From: an uncultured Candidatus Saccharibacteria bacterium
Lineage (GTDB): Bacteria > Patescibacteriota > UBA1384 > 2-12-FULL-50-11
NCBI GenBank assembly: GCA_964599405.1
Contig: CAZRED010000001.1
Coordinates: 149,942-213,941, forward strand
Length of the DNA stretch: 64,000 bases
Reading direction: 5' to 3'
The notes beneath the pieces are model-generated. The model saw only the letters and a program-made list of their open reading frames with translations. It did not search any database and was not told where the DNA came from. Shown one piece after another: positions 28,270 through 38,189 of the stretch. Both the position numbers and the translations under genes were made by a program. How positions within the stretch are numbered: position 1 is the stretch's first letter; each line of letters opens with the position of its first letter.

Positions 28270-29271
28270 ATGAAAAAACTACATCTAAAAAAACTCTTAT
28301 TGGCAACCAACCTAATGACTGTGCTGTCGTTATTGTCGCCCAACTTTGCCCAGGCAATTGAGTATGGTGGCGTTGGTGGAAAACCGGCCAATCCGATTGC
28401 CGGCAACTCTCGAACCGAGTCAATATTTATCCACACCCTTGAGCCGGGAGCAACCCAAGAAGACGGGGTGCTGGTGGTAAATAATAGCCCCGAGACTAAA
28501 ACCCTGTTGGTCTATGCAGCCGACTCCACTCCTTCCACCGATGGCGCTTTCGCCTGTAAGCAACTAACCGAAGAGAAGACCGACGTCGGTGCTTGGATTA
28601 CCTTAAAAAAGTCAGAGGTAACACTGGAATCCGGTACCAAAGAAACCGTTCCCTTCACCATTCGCACTCCTCTAACCGCCAGCGTTGGCGAACATAACGG
28701 CTGTATCCTGATTCAGGAAAAGAAAGCCGCCGTTGAAGGCCAAACCGGCGCGGCCATATCGATGCGGACCGGTCTGCGCGTCGCTATTACTATTCCTGGA
28801 GATATCCTTAGAAAACTGGAAATTGGCGCCCTGACAGTGGCACCAACAGACGCTGGATTTTCCCTTACCCCCACAGTTAAAAACATTGGTAACGTCTCAA
28901 TTGACGCAAACGTTCGGGTAATAACACGCAATTTCATTGGGATGACGCATTTCACGAACGGCGGAGAGTTTCCGATTCTCCGAGGCGATACCTCACAGTG
29001 GAATTTCGATTTGAAAAGACCGTTTTGGGGCGGTTTTTACCGTTCCACCCCCGGCGTTGAGTACGACGAAAATCCAGAAGCGGGCGTTGGACTAAAAAGC
29101 GGCAAGGCGCTGACTAATTTAACTGGAGCCACCGTTTGGTTCTTTAGTTTCCCAACGCTACCGGCCTTACTAATCGAAATCTTGGTACTACTGTTTATTT
29201 TCCTTGGCTTACCGTTGATCATTCGCCAGATCCGCAAAAATCGCTCAGTGCCTTCAGTGCCGCTAGCTTAG
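28270..29271 (+). CDS. DUF916-like WxL-interacting protein with C-terminal TM
   Basis: LEPGATQEDGVLVVNNS, VGEHNGCILIQ, VKNIGNV. Confidence 0.8.
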   Translation: MKKLHLKKLLLATNLMTVLSLLSPNFAQAIEYGGVGGKPANPIAGNSRTESIFIHTLEPGATQEDGVLVVNNSPETKTLLVYAADSTPSTDGAFACKQLTEEKTDVGAWITLKKSEVTLESGTKETVPFTIRTPLTASVGEHNGCILIQEKKAAVEGQTGAAISMRTGLRVAITIPGDILRKLEIGALTVAPTDAGFSLTPTVKNIGNVSIDANVRVITRNFIGMTHFTNGGEFPILRGDTSQWNFDLKRPFWGGFYRSTPGVEYDENPEAGVGLKSGKALTNLTGATVWFFSFPTLPALLIEILVLLFIFLGLPLIIRQIRKNRSVPSVPLA

Positions 29272-29308
29272 GCCAGCTTGTGCTGGTGGTGGGGCTTTTG
29301 GATAAAGG

Positions 29309-32300
29309 ATGACTAAGCTCCAAATACAACTCCTGCTTGTGATTGGTCTATTGGCGTTGATTGTCAGTGGTTCCTTGGCGTTACGTAAACCGCCCTCAGT
29401 AACTCCGCCCGAAGCTACCTACCGCTACCGCCCACTATCAGAGCTGAAGCTCAATACCACGAATCGGGACAAGTATTTCGTTGGCCAGCACGAAGTGGTT
29501 CCGACGACGGAGCCAATCACGGCGGCTGTGCCACCACTGGCGCACCAAGCTCGGCTCTCTTTGAACAGCGCTCACCCCGGTCTACCAAATACTGGTGCCG
29601 GCGATTTTGATACCTCGATTAAAGCCACTGGCACGGGTTCGATTGCCGAAGCGGTACCGAAAAGCTCCCAGGCCAAAGCGGGTCTGTATCAGCTGAAAGT
29701 AACCGACGGGGTCACTGGGCAGGTAGTTTCTGACCAGACCGTTGCCTGGGGCGTATTAGTTTTTAACTCCGATTACGCCGCCTATCCAATCAACACCAAA
29801 GCCAGACTAGCGATGGCGGTTTTGGACGACCGTGGCAAGATGATCTGTGACGCCGAGCTGACGCTGGCGATCACTGAGCCCAACGGCCGAACTATTACAT
29901 TAAGCACGGCTAATAACCAAATTCTCGTTAATGAGGCCTGTTTTGTCTACGGATTGACCGAAGAGCCAGACTACGTGGCCGAATATTTACCAACCCAAGC
30001 TGGTAACTATCAGGTTGCCTTAACCGCTCGGATCGGTAACGGCGTTAGAGTGCTACACGATCAATTCTCCGTGGTCGAAAACGCCCCGTTCTATCTGCAA
30101 AGGGTTGGTGCTTCCCGAACCTATCCGGCCGCTAGCTATCCCTACACCTTTAACTTTCAACCCACCCAAAGCGGTCGTTACCAATTAACCGAAAACGTGC
30201 CGGGCAGTTTCGAAATACTCGACCTGACGATTGACGGCAACCCCTGCCCGACGGAAAGCTTACTGAACGCCGGAGCTTGCAAGATTGAGGTCTCTGAGGA
30301 CGGCAATGAGAAGCAATTAATCTGGCGGGTCGACGCCCGAGCCAATCGTGATATAAAGATCGCCTATACATTTAAGGGGCCTAGTATTTCGCCGTATTTA
30401 TTCCGGCTTGGACCGGCCGAAATCACCTCACCCGACGACTCAATTTGGACGGAGACACGTTCTTGGCTAATTGCCTCCGATGCCGCTTGCCAATCGAACG
30501 GCACTGGCGGCGGCAACTCCAACGCATCTGGCTCTTGGCAGACCTGCGGTGGGACGACCCCGCAGGCCGCTGACTCAATTACCATTCTGAGCGGCGACAC
30601 CATTACTATGAACGCCGCCTTGAGCGTCACCAGCATTGTTATCAACAACGGCGGCATTTTTACCAACAACGCCAGCCCCTTCACCTTAACGCTCACCGGT
30701 ACCACTGGCACCCTCTTCACCTTGGGCGCAACCGGTACCTTCACGCCCGGCACTTCGATTAGCGTCACGATGAACCCAAATGCTTCAATTACCACTACCT
30801 CCGGTACCATTACTTTTTTTGACTTAAACTTTACGCCGACAATCTCTGCCAGCAACAAAACCTATACGATGGGTTCCGGCGCTCTGACCATTAACGGCAA
30901 CTGGGCTATTACCGGTACGGCCGCGAGTAACGCCTTAACCTTAACGGTTAATATGAGTGCCAACGTGACGGTGGCTTCGACAAAAACCACGACGATTGGC
31001 CCGGCGTCGTTAACTAACAGAGCCACTTTGGACGTACAGCCCTCACTGGCCAGCTACAACCTAACGACCGGTACCCTGGCTATCACCGCCCTAGGTACGC
31101 TAAACGCCGCCAATGCCACCTCGGCGATTACGGTTGCCAACAGCTACAGCAATAGCGGCATTTTCACCGCCGGTTCTAGCACGGTTAGCTTCACCGCTAC
31201 TGCCACTGGTAAAACTTTGAGCGGTACACTATCCGGCGCTAACGGTAAATTCTTCAACGTCATTTTCAACGGCGTCGGCGGTGCCTGGGCATTCGGTGCT
31301 GCCGTCGAAGTAGCTAACGACTTTACCGTTACAAATGGGGCCGTCACTGCTAGTAACAATAATCTCTCCGTCACTCGTGACTTTACACTGGCTTATACCG
31401 CCGGTGTTTCTTACGTGGCTGGATCGTCAACCGTTACCGTCGCCAGACACTTCAATGACCCTGGCGTCAAATACGTTTCTAACACTTCCGAGCTGGCTCT
31501 GGACGGCACGGGCACTTTAACCACCGCTACAACTGCTTCCCTTTACGATGTATCGCTTGGCCAATCCGGCAACACAACAACACTGGCAATGGCCGGAGCG
31601 ATCGACAACTTTAACTACTACGCTAGCGACACAGATCATTTCCGGGTCCTGCTCTTCGACGGGAGTGTTGTCAAATACAAAAGCGCCGAGATAACCCCGC
31701 CCGGCACCGGTGTCAGAAGCTATACTCCGCCATCCCCTGTCCCCTACAAAGCTGGCTGGAGTATCGGTATCTATACCGTCGGTAATGGCGTCATTCCCTA
31801 CACCGGTAGCGGCGGCACACACTACTACCAAGCCAATAACTCTGGCCAACCAAACGAGGAAGCTACGATTTCCTGGCAAGGAACAACAGTCCGAACCTAT
31901 TCGATTAACGGCGAGGTCAACGGCGTCCGGGTAATCGGCAATGACGCTATCAGCCGGCCTTCGCTCGACTCATTCACTAATACCTCCCTGAAAGACACCA
32001 ATAACAACGCTACGGGGGTGGCGGAAGGATTATTAACTGTGACCAACGGCGCTACCTTGAACGGCGGTACGGTTACCGGCACTGATACCGGACTATTTCT
32101 ACCGTGTAGCACAACTTGTTCCGGCCACCTGGTCTTTAACTCACCGACCACCTTGAGCGGCTCCGGCGACAACCGGGTAGTTTACTCAACCGGCAACTCA
32201 ATAACCTATACCGTTACTGGGGGAACCTACGGCAGTTGGAATATTGCAATGGAGACAACCACCCTGTCCGATACGCCGATAACGTTCGAGCTTGGGGGAA

Positions 32301-35053
32301 ATATTATCACCGACGGGTTTGTCGCCCTTCAAGGGTCGCCCCTGGGTGGGAGCAATAGCTTCAACACCGCCGGTTTCAATATGACCGCACTGCGTTTTGA
32401 CGCTGGCAGCGAAAACCAGACCGGTAGTTGGGTCGTTAATCTTGGCGCCTCAACAATTACCCTGGACTCGACTAGCGACTCCTTTGGCGTAGCCAGCAAC
32501 GGCGGCTCCCATACCTTCAACCTCTCTACTTCCTCTGTCTCCACGACTGGGGATATCCGGTTTATTAACGGTACCGGTACAGTCGCCGCGTCTGGCAGTA
32601 CTTCCACGATTACGATGACACCAGCCGCTTCGACCACCCGGACTTTCACCACTAACGCCCAAACGATTGATAACTTTGTCGTTAACGGCGGTAACGGTGC
32701 CGCCACTGTCAACCTGGACGGCAATTTAATTGCCTCTGACAACTTAACGATTACCGCTGGTACTTTGGACGTTACGGCAACGCCGTACAGCGTCACAATC
32801 GGCGGCAACTACTCTAACTCCGGCAGCTTTACTCCCCGGTTGGGTACTGTGACTTTTAATGCTACCGACGCGGGTAATACTCTGGCGGGCACGATGACCG
32901 GTGCGTCAGCCTTTTATAATCTCGTTTTCGACGGCGTTGCTGGCGGCTGGAGCTTTAGCGCCGCGGTGACGGCAACGAACGACTTTACCGTTACCAACGG
33001 GGACGTTACCGCCAATAACAATAACTTGACTGTTACCAGGGACTTTACGCTAACTAACGTGGTGGGCGTTTCCTACACGGCCGGCTCCTCCACCATCACC
33101 GTTAGCCGCGACTACAATAACCCCGGCGACCGGTTTGTTCGTGGCACATCATTAGTTATCCTTGACGGCACCGGCAACGTTAATACCACTGGCGGTAAAT
33201 TTAATAACCTTTCTCTGGCTTACACCTCACAAGTCTCAACCTTCAATACCACCAACTTCGCGGTTTACGGCGTTCTCACCTTTAACGGCGGTACCGCCAA
33301 CGGGAGTGTTGACGGTTACGTTTCGCTGGAGCGATCTGCTAGCGCTACCCCAATTGTGTTCGCATCAGCCACCACCCTCTCCGGCACTAGTAGGACGCTT
33401 TTTCATAACAACAACGCCAATAGCCTGACTACCACCATCGCTGGTGGTAACTACGGGACGTGGAATATTATTTTGTTTACTACCCTTGGGCCTGCCACCA
33501 GTAGTATCTACCAGTTAGCCGGTAATATTACTAACACTGGTTACGTTACCCTCCAGGCCGTTGGGGGATCGACGGGCAACGTTTTTAACACCCAAAACTT
33601 CAACATTACATCGCTACGGTTTGACCTCGGCACCCAGTCCCGAACCGGACCGTGGACTGTCAATTTTGGGTCTTCGACGCTGACCCTTTCTGATACTGCT
33701 GATTCGTTTGGCGTTGCTAGTAACGGCGGCTCTCATACCTTCAACCTTTCAACCGCCGCCATCAACACCGTTGGGAACGTGCTGTTTGCCAACGGCACCG
33801 GCACCGTGTCCGTGAGTCAGGGCACCTCGACCGTGACTTGGGCGCACCCAACTGGTACCAAAACTTACGCCCCCAACAGCCAATCTCTGCACAATCTCAC
33901 GCTCAACAGCGCCGCTGGTACCCTTCAACCCAATGGTGCCGTTATTGCTACCGGCAACTTTATTATCACCGCCGGCAGCTACGACACCGTTGCTGGCCAA
34001 GACTACGCCTTAACGATCGGCGGCAACTACACCAACTCCGGCACATTTAATGCGCAGGGTGGAACGGTTACCCTAAACGGCTCCGCTACCCAAACGCTTT
34101 CTGGCACGATGGTCGGCGGTAGCGCATTCAATAACTTAACGATTACCAATAATTCTGGCACATCGGCTAGCGACTGTGAGCGAACAAGTTTTGTCCCATC
34201 AGTGGACTTTAATGCCGCTGCTTGGACAAGCGGTAACTACACCATCACTACGGCCAATGTTCGGGTCGAGTACAACTCCGGCTCTACCTACGCCTTCACC
34301 AACATCAATTGGAACGGTCAGACGATTGGGACACAGATTTACTTCCGCAACTCGGTCGCCAGCGACACCTGGCTGTTGGATGTTTCGGGAACGCAGACAG
34401 CTGTCTCCTACGTTAACGTCTCCCGGTCTAACGCCGCTAGTGGCCTTCAGATTGTTGCTAGCGACGGTACCAACACTGACTGCAACAACAATAGTAACTG
34501 GCTTTTCGTTTCTGGTGCCTTATCGACCGATATCGTTAACGCTGGCGGCACTCCAATTGATTCACCATCTATCGCCATGGGTGCAGCCACATTCTCCCTT
34601 TTATATCAAACAGTTAGCGGTATCTTTGGCGCCACTGATGAAAAAGTCAGAGTTAGTAACACCACCGTTAACCCCCAATGGAGCTTGACGATTGCCGCCA
34701 GTAGCGGTCCGACTGGGCTCTGGTCGGCTGGGACACCGAAGTATGACTTTAACGACCCAACTGGGAGTGCAGGAGACGGCGGCGATGGCGACGCTTACGG
34801 GGGACAGCTGACAATGGATGTGACTGGTGGAACCCTTGGTGGAACCTGCTCGACGACCGGAATAACTAAAGGATCATCTGCTGGTTTTTCTGAAGGAGTG
34901 GTCAACTCAATCACCCTGCTCACGGCCAGTGGCACGGCCGACGTTAGTTGCTATTGGGATTTAACCGGCGTGGACGTACTTCAAACCCTACCTTCCGAGC
35001 AAGCAACTAGCAGCTACTCCATCAATATGACTCTCACTATTACCGCCAATTAA
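29309..35053 (+). CDS. Large (1914 aa) adhesin-like protein with beta-helix-like repeats and C-terminal WxL-like domain
   Basis: T/G/N/S-rich repeats; C-terminal about 180 aa similar to the two small proteins (YDFNDPT, QWSL, YWDLTG). Confidence 0.8.
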   Translation: MTKLQIQLLLVIGLLALIVSGSLALRKPPSVTPPEATYRYRPLSELKLNTTNRDKYFVGQHEVVPTTEPITAAVPPLAHQARLSLNSAHPGLPNTGAGDFDTSIKATGTGSIAEAVPKSSQAKAGLYQLKVTDGVTGQVVSDQTVAWGVLVFNSDYAAYPINTKARLAMAVLDDRGKMICDAELTLAITEPNGRTITLSTANNQILVNEACFVYGLTEEPDYVAEYLPTQAGNYQVALTARIGNGVRVLHDQFSVVENAPFYLQRVGASRTYPAASYPYTFNFQPTQSGRYQLTENVPGSFEILDLTIDGNPCPTESLLNAGACKIEVSEDGNEKQLIWRVDARANRDIKIAYTFKGPSISPYLFRLGPAEITSPDDSIWTETRSWLIASDAACQSNGTGGGNSNASGSWQTCGGTTPQAADSITILSGDTITMNAALSVTSIVINNGGIFTNNASPFTLTLTGTTGTLFTLGATGTFTPGTSISVTMNPNASITTTSGTITFFDLNFTPTISASNKTYTMGSGALTINGNWAITGTAASNALTLTVNMSANVTVASTKTTTIGPASLTNRATLDVQPSLASYNLTTGTLAITALGTLNAANATSAITVANSYSNSGIFTAGSSTVSFTATATGKTLSGTLSGANGKFFNVIFNGVGGAWAFGAAVEVANDFTVTNGAVTASNNNLSVTRDFTLAYTAGVSYVAGSSTVTVARHFNDPGVKYVSNTSELALDGTGTLTTATTASLYDVSLGQSGNTTTLAMAGAIDNFNYYASDTDHFRVLLFDGSVVKYKSAEITPPGTGVRSYTPPSPVPYKAGWSIGIYTVGNGVIPYTGSGGTHYYQANNSGQPNEEATISWQGTTVRTYSINGEVNGVRVIGNDAISRPSLDSFTNTSLKDTNNNATGVAEGLLTVTNGATLNGGTVTGTDTGLFLPCSTTCSGHLVFNSPTTLSGSGDNRVVYSTGNSITYTVTGGTYGSWNIAMETTTLSDTPITFELGGNIITDGFVALQGSPLGGSNSFNTAGFNMTALRFDAGSENQTGSWVVNLGASTITLDSTSDSFGVASNGGSHTFNLSTSSVSTTGDIRFINGTGTVAASGSTSTITMTPAASTTRTFTTNAQTIDNFVVNGGNGAATVNLDGNLIASDNLTITAGTLDVTATPYSVTIGGNYSNSGSFTPRLGTVTFNATDAGNTLAGTMTGASAFYNLVFDGVAGGWSFSAAVTATNDFTVTNGDVTANNNNLTVTRDFTLTNVVGVSYTAGSSTITVSRDYNNPGDRFVRGTSLVILDGTGNVNTTGGKFNNLSLAYTSQVSTFNTTNFAVYGVLTFNGGTANGSVDGYVSLERSASATPIVFASATTLSGTSRTLFHNNNANSLTTTIAGGNYGTWNIILFTTLGPATSSIYQLAGNITNTGYVTLQAVGGSTGNVFNTQNFNITSLRFDLGTQSRTGPWTVNFGSSTLTLSDTADSFGVASNGGSHTFNLSTAAINTVGNVLFANGTGTVSVSQGTSTVTWAHPTGTKTYAPNSQSLHNLTLNSAAGTLQPNGAVIATGNFIITAGSYDTVAGQDYALTIGGNYTNSGTFNAQGGTVTLNGSATQTLSGTMVGGSAFNNLTITNNSGTSASDCERTSFVPSVDFNAAAWTSGNYTITTANVRVEYNSGSTYAFTNINWNGQTIGTQIYFRNSVASDTWLLDVSGTQTAVSYVNVSRSNAASGLQIVASDGTNTDCNNNSNWLFVSGALSTDIVNAGGTPIDSPSIAMGAATFSLLYQTVSGIFGATDEKVRVSNTTVNPQWSLTIAASSGPTGLWSAGTPKYDFNDPTGSAGDGGDGDAYGGQLTMDVTGGTLGGTCSTTGITKGSSAGFSEGVVNSITLLTASGTADVSCYWDLTGVDVLQTLPSEQATSSYSINMTLTITAN

Positions 35054-35129
35054 CAGACTTTCCTCTCCATTAATTTACGTAGTGAGTTTGTTTCGTTATC
35101 CTAATATTGGTAGGGGTGTAATCGATTCC

Positions 35130-36089
35130 ATGAGAACTGGCCGTTTTAAACTGTTTGCTTTGATACTAGGTCTGACCATAGTAGCGTTTGGGAGTGGCAT
35201 AAAAACCGTCGCCGCCCAAGACAGTCCCAGCGTCTTATATGTCCCCTTAATCGGCCTAACATCGGTACCAGATCCGTTGGCACTACCGGATGGGGCGGGT
35301 GATGTAACGTATCATTACGCAGTTAAAAACTTTCTTAGCGAGGCGGCTTTAACTAACGTCCAAGTCGTCGACGACAACTGTGCCTCCGTTAAATTTATCG
35401 AAGGCGACGATAATAACGACTCCGAGCTTGATTACGACGAAACCTGGCGCTACACCTGTACCACTAAAGTTTCCGTCACCACTCAAAGTACGGCCACGGC
35501 CACCGGTACTGCCAATAATTTAACCGCGACTCACAAAGCCTACGTTACCGTTATTGTTGGTCTAAGTGACCCAGCCCCACTTGTTAGTATTGTTAACATC
35601 ACCAAAGTTGCCTATCCATTGTCCCTACCGGCCGAAGGAGGCGACATTACCTTTATCTATAAGGTTAACAATCCAGGCGTCGTGTCATTAAGTGATGTCA
35701 CTGTCGTTGATGATAGGTGTGGGGCGATGTCCGGCAAACTCGGGGACAGGAACGGCAACGGCCTGCTGGATACCAATGAGGTTTGGATTTACACCTGTAC
35801 AATGACTCTGAGAGAGACTACTACCAATACCGCCACCGTTACCGCTTTTGCTAATGGATTAATGGCCACGAATAACTTTTCCCTGACCGTCAAGGTTGAC
35901 ACCCTAGTCGATCAGGCGCTCATCAAACTTCCCGATACCGGCAAAGATGCGCTATTAAAAATTATGGTTTGGGAAATCTTATTAGGTATATTGGTAACTC
36001 TACTCACCATATCTATTGTTTTAAACCGAAAGAATCGACTGCGAAGCGTTGAAATTACACAAAATATCTTAGACGGGGGAAGAAAGTAA
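35130..36089 (+). CDS. Sortase-anchored surface protein with two Ig-like repeats
   Basis: GDDNNDSELDYDETWRYTC / GDRNGNGLLDTNEVWIYTC; LPDTG + TM + basic tail. Confidence 0.8.
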   Translation: MRTGRFKLFALILGLTIVAFGSGIKTVAAQDSPSVLYVPLIGLTSVPDPLALPDGAGDVTYHYAVKNFLSEAALTNVQVVDDNCASVKFIEGDDNNDSELDYDETWRYTCTTKVSVTTQSTATATGTANNLTATHKAYVTVIVGLSDPAPLVSIVNITKVAYPLSLPAEGGDITFIYKVNNPGVVSLSDVTVVDDRCGAMSGKLGDRNGNGLLDTNEVWIYTCTMTLRETTTNTATVTAFANGLMATNNFSLTVKVDTLVDQALIKLPDTGKDALLKIMVWEILLGILVTLLTISIVLNRKNRLRSVEITQNILDGGRK

Positions 36090-36091
36090 CC

Positions 36092-36119
36092 ATGAATTGT
36101 TTAGAGGACTAAATGAATA
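36092..36119 (+). repeat. Single copy of the 21-bp MNCLED* unit, inverted relative to the 38033-38116 array
   Basis: ATGAATTGTTTAGAGGACTAAATGAATA. Confidence 0.9.
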
Positions 36120-36132
36120 GTTTGTTACACAA

Positions 36133-37044
36133 ATGAAAAGACCAAAATTAGTATTAATAATTATTGTGCTGGTTGTTGTAGCCGCGTTGGGGGCCGGAGT
36201 TTATTTCAAGCTGATTCCCCGTCTGTTCCAAAAACCCGTCGCCACAGTAGTCGATCAGCTATTCGGTTGGAAGTTTCCAATTACCAAATTCCCACTGGTT
36301 GGGCCGGATGGCCAACTGGCGTACTCCAACATCCGTGATCCTGGCGGTATACCACAAGGGCTACCAGTTCGCCTGAAAGTTCCCGTTATCGGCGTCGATT
36401 CAGCTATTGAAGACGCGCTGATTACCCCGGACGGAAGAATGGACGTGCCAATCGGCTCGGTTAATGTTGCCTGGTTTTCTCTTGGCCCTCATCCCGGCGA
36501 CGAAGGAAGCGCGGTGATCGGTGGGCATTTTGGGATTAGAGACGGGGTGCCGTTCGTCTTCTACAACTTAGACAAGCTAAAGGTTGGCGACAAGGTATAT
36601 GTGGTCGACGACAAAGACCAGACATTGGCTTTCCAGGTCAGGGAAATTAAATTATTCGATCGAAACGCTGATGCAACGACGGTTTTTACCTCCGATGACG
36701 GGTTGGCTCATCTTAACCTGATTACTTGCGAAGGCATTTGGAACCAAGTTGACGGTTCGTATCCCGAGCGGCGAGTAGTGTTTACCGATGCCATACCATC
36801 AGAAGGGGCAGTAACCGTTACTCCTAAGTCTCCAACGGCGGCGATTCCCACGCCAAACCCAACACCAACTCCGACACCAACTCCGACAACAGAAAATACA
36901 GTATCTACAGCTGCCTTGCTTCAGAGCGTGAATCGGGCAATAAAAAGTGCGGCCAGTACGCCAATCGACGCACTAATCACTTTCACCCTACTAGCTTCGA
37001 TAGCGTATATGGCCACCAAAATCGTCAGGCTCCGCAGAGCATAG
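36133..37044 (+). CDS. Class F sortase with PT linker and extra C-terminal hydrophobic helix
   Basis: GSAVIGGH, LNLITCEG, RRVVFT. Confidence 0.9.
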   Translation: MKRPKLVLIIIVLVVVAALGAGVYFKLIPRLFQKPVATVVDQLFGWKFPITKFPLVGPDGQLAYSNIRDPGGIPQGLPVRLKVPVIGVDSAIEDALITPDGRMDVPIGSVNVAWFSLGPHPGDEGSAVIGGHFGIRDGVPFVFYNLDKLKVGDKVYVVDDKDQTLAFQVREIKLFDRNADATTVFTSDDGLAHLNLITCEGIWNQVDGSYPERRVVFTDAIPSEGAVTVTPKSPTAAIPTPNPTPTPTPTPTTENTVSTAALLQSVNRAIKSAASTPIDALITFTLLASIAYMATKIVRLRRA

Positions 37045-37060
37045 CGACAGTGTTACCGCA

Positions 37061-38032
37061 CTATTTAGTTGTTAAATTCCACAGAAACTCAATTGCTCGA
37101 TTCTCTGCCCAGTGATGGTCGGGGTCGCCGTTTTTGGACTGACTAATAAATCCACCGTGGCCACCGCCATTGGTGATGATTAACTGGACGTTCGGGTTGT
37201 TGTCTACCCCATCAAACGAGCGGGCGGGGATTACCACATCGTCAGCGCTCTGAATAATCAGGGTGGGAACGGCAATGTTTGGCAAAAACGGCCGGGCGCT
37301 GGCCTTGGCGTGATAGTCGCCGGCATCAATAAAACCGTTATGGGGAGCACAGAACCGATCGTAATCCCCCAGTGTTTTAATGTGCTTAATGGCCTGGATA
37401 TCGTACCTTCCCGGAAAAAGACGGCTCCGAGTGCGCAGCGACGACATCTGCCAATACAACATCAGCCAACGATAGATGGCCGGGGCCTTGTTATCGACAG
37501 AATCAACAGCGGCGGCTAGGTCAATTAGCGGTGAAATTCCGACTGCTCCAATTAGTTGCTTCGGAGCGTCCTGGCCCCATTCGCCAACCGCTTTTAGGCA
37601 GGCGTTGCCGCCGTAGGAAAAACCCATCAGCCCAATTTTCGGCAGTGAATCTTCCCTAATTAACTCTTCAATCACTATGCGCAGATCGGCACTCTGGCCG
37701 GCGTGAGAGAGGGTTTTACTGTATTTCTCACTGCCGCCGCCGTTGCGTAAATTAACCCTGACCACGTTGAAACCGCGGGTGTAGGCTTTGGCGGTGGTGC
37801 CTCGAACGTATGGGCTGATAGTCGAACCATTGAGCCCGGCAATGATAACTAAAGTGGGGGAGGTAGTTTTATCAGCCTGCCAAGAGCATTCCCCAACTAG
37901 TTGAGAGCCATCGGGCAGTTGAAAACGGCGATCTTTCGACGGAAAAAACCTAATTGGCCTGGGCATCAGCACGCTGCCGATTGTTTGGAGATGCGGGCTT
38001 TTTAACCATTTGGCTACGACAAAATTATTCAT
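37061..38032 (-). CDS. YheT-like alpha/beta hydrolase
   Basis: PHLQTI, GFSYGGN, ADDVVI, GGHGGF. Confidence 0.88.
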   Translation of the reverse strand: MNNFVVAKWLKSPHLQTIGSVLMPRPIRFFPSKDRRFQLPDGSQLVGECSWQADKTTSPTLVIIAGLNGSTISPYVRGTTAKAYTRGFNVVRVNLRNGGGSEKYSKTLSHAGQSADLRIVIEELIREDSLPKIGLMGFSYGGNACLKAVGEWGQDAPKQLIGAVGISPLIDLAAAVDSVDNKAPAIYRWLMLYWQMSSLRTRSRLFPGRYDIQAIKHIKTLGDYDRFCAPHNGFIDAGDYHAKASARPFLPNIAVPTLIIQSADDVVIPARSFDGVDNNPNVQLIITNGGGHGGFISQSKNGDPDHHWAENRAIEFLWNLTTK

Positions 38033-38116
38033 TTAGTCCTCTAAACAGTTCATTTAGTCCCCTAAACAGTTCATTTAGTCCTCTAAACAATTCATTTAGT
38101 CCTCTAAACAATTCAT
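38033..38116 (-). repeat. 4 x 21-bp tandem repeat, each unit a mini-ORF (MNCLED*/MNCLGD*)
   Basis: ATGAAYTGTTTAGRGGACTAA x4 directly abutting the ATG at 38032. Confidence 0.95.
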
Positions 38117-38189
38117 TATATTTGGTGTAGTATACATCGTTAGCTCTAGGACTTACCGGTACTTGAATTCTACAGCTGCGGGCTGGAAA

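Noticed and set aside
36860-36890. 12-bp DNA tandem repeat in sortase
   Set aside because: Simply encodes a PTPTPT linker
38033-38116. CRISPR array
   Set aside because: Units are contiguous with no spacers, and no cas genes are in the window
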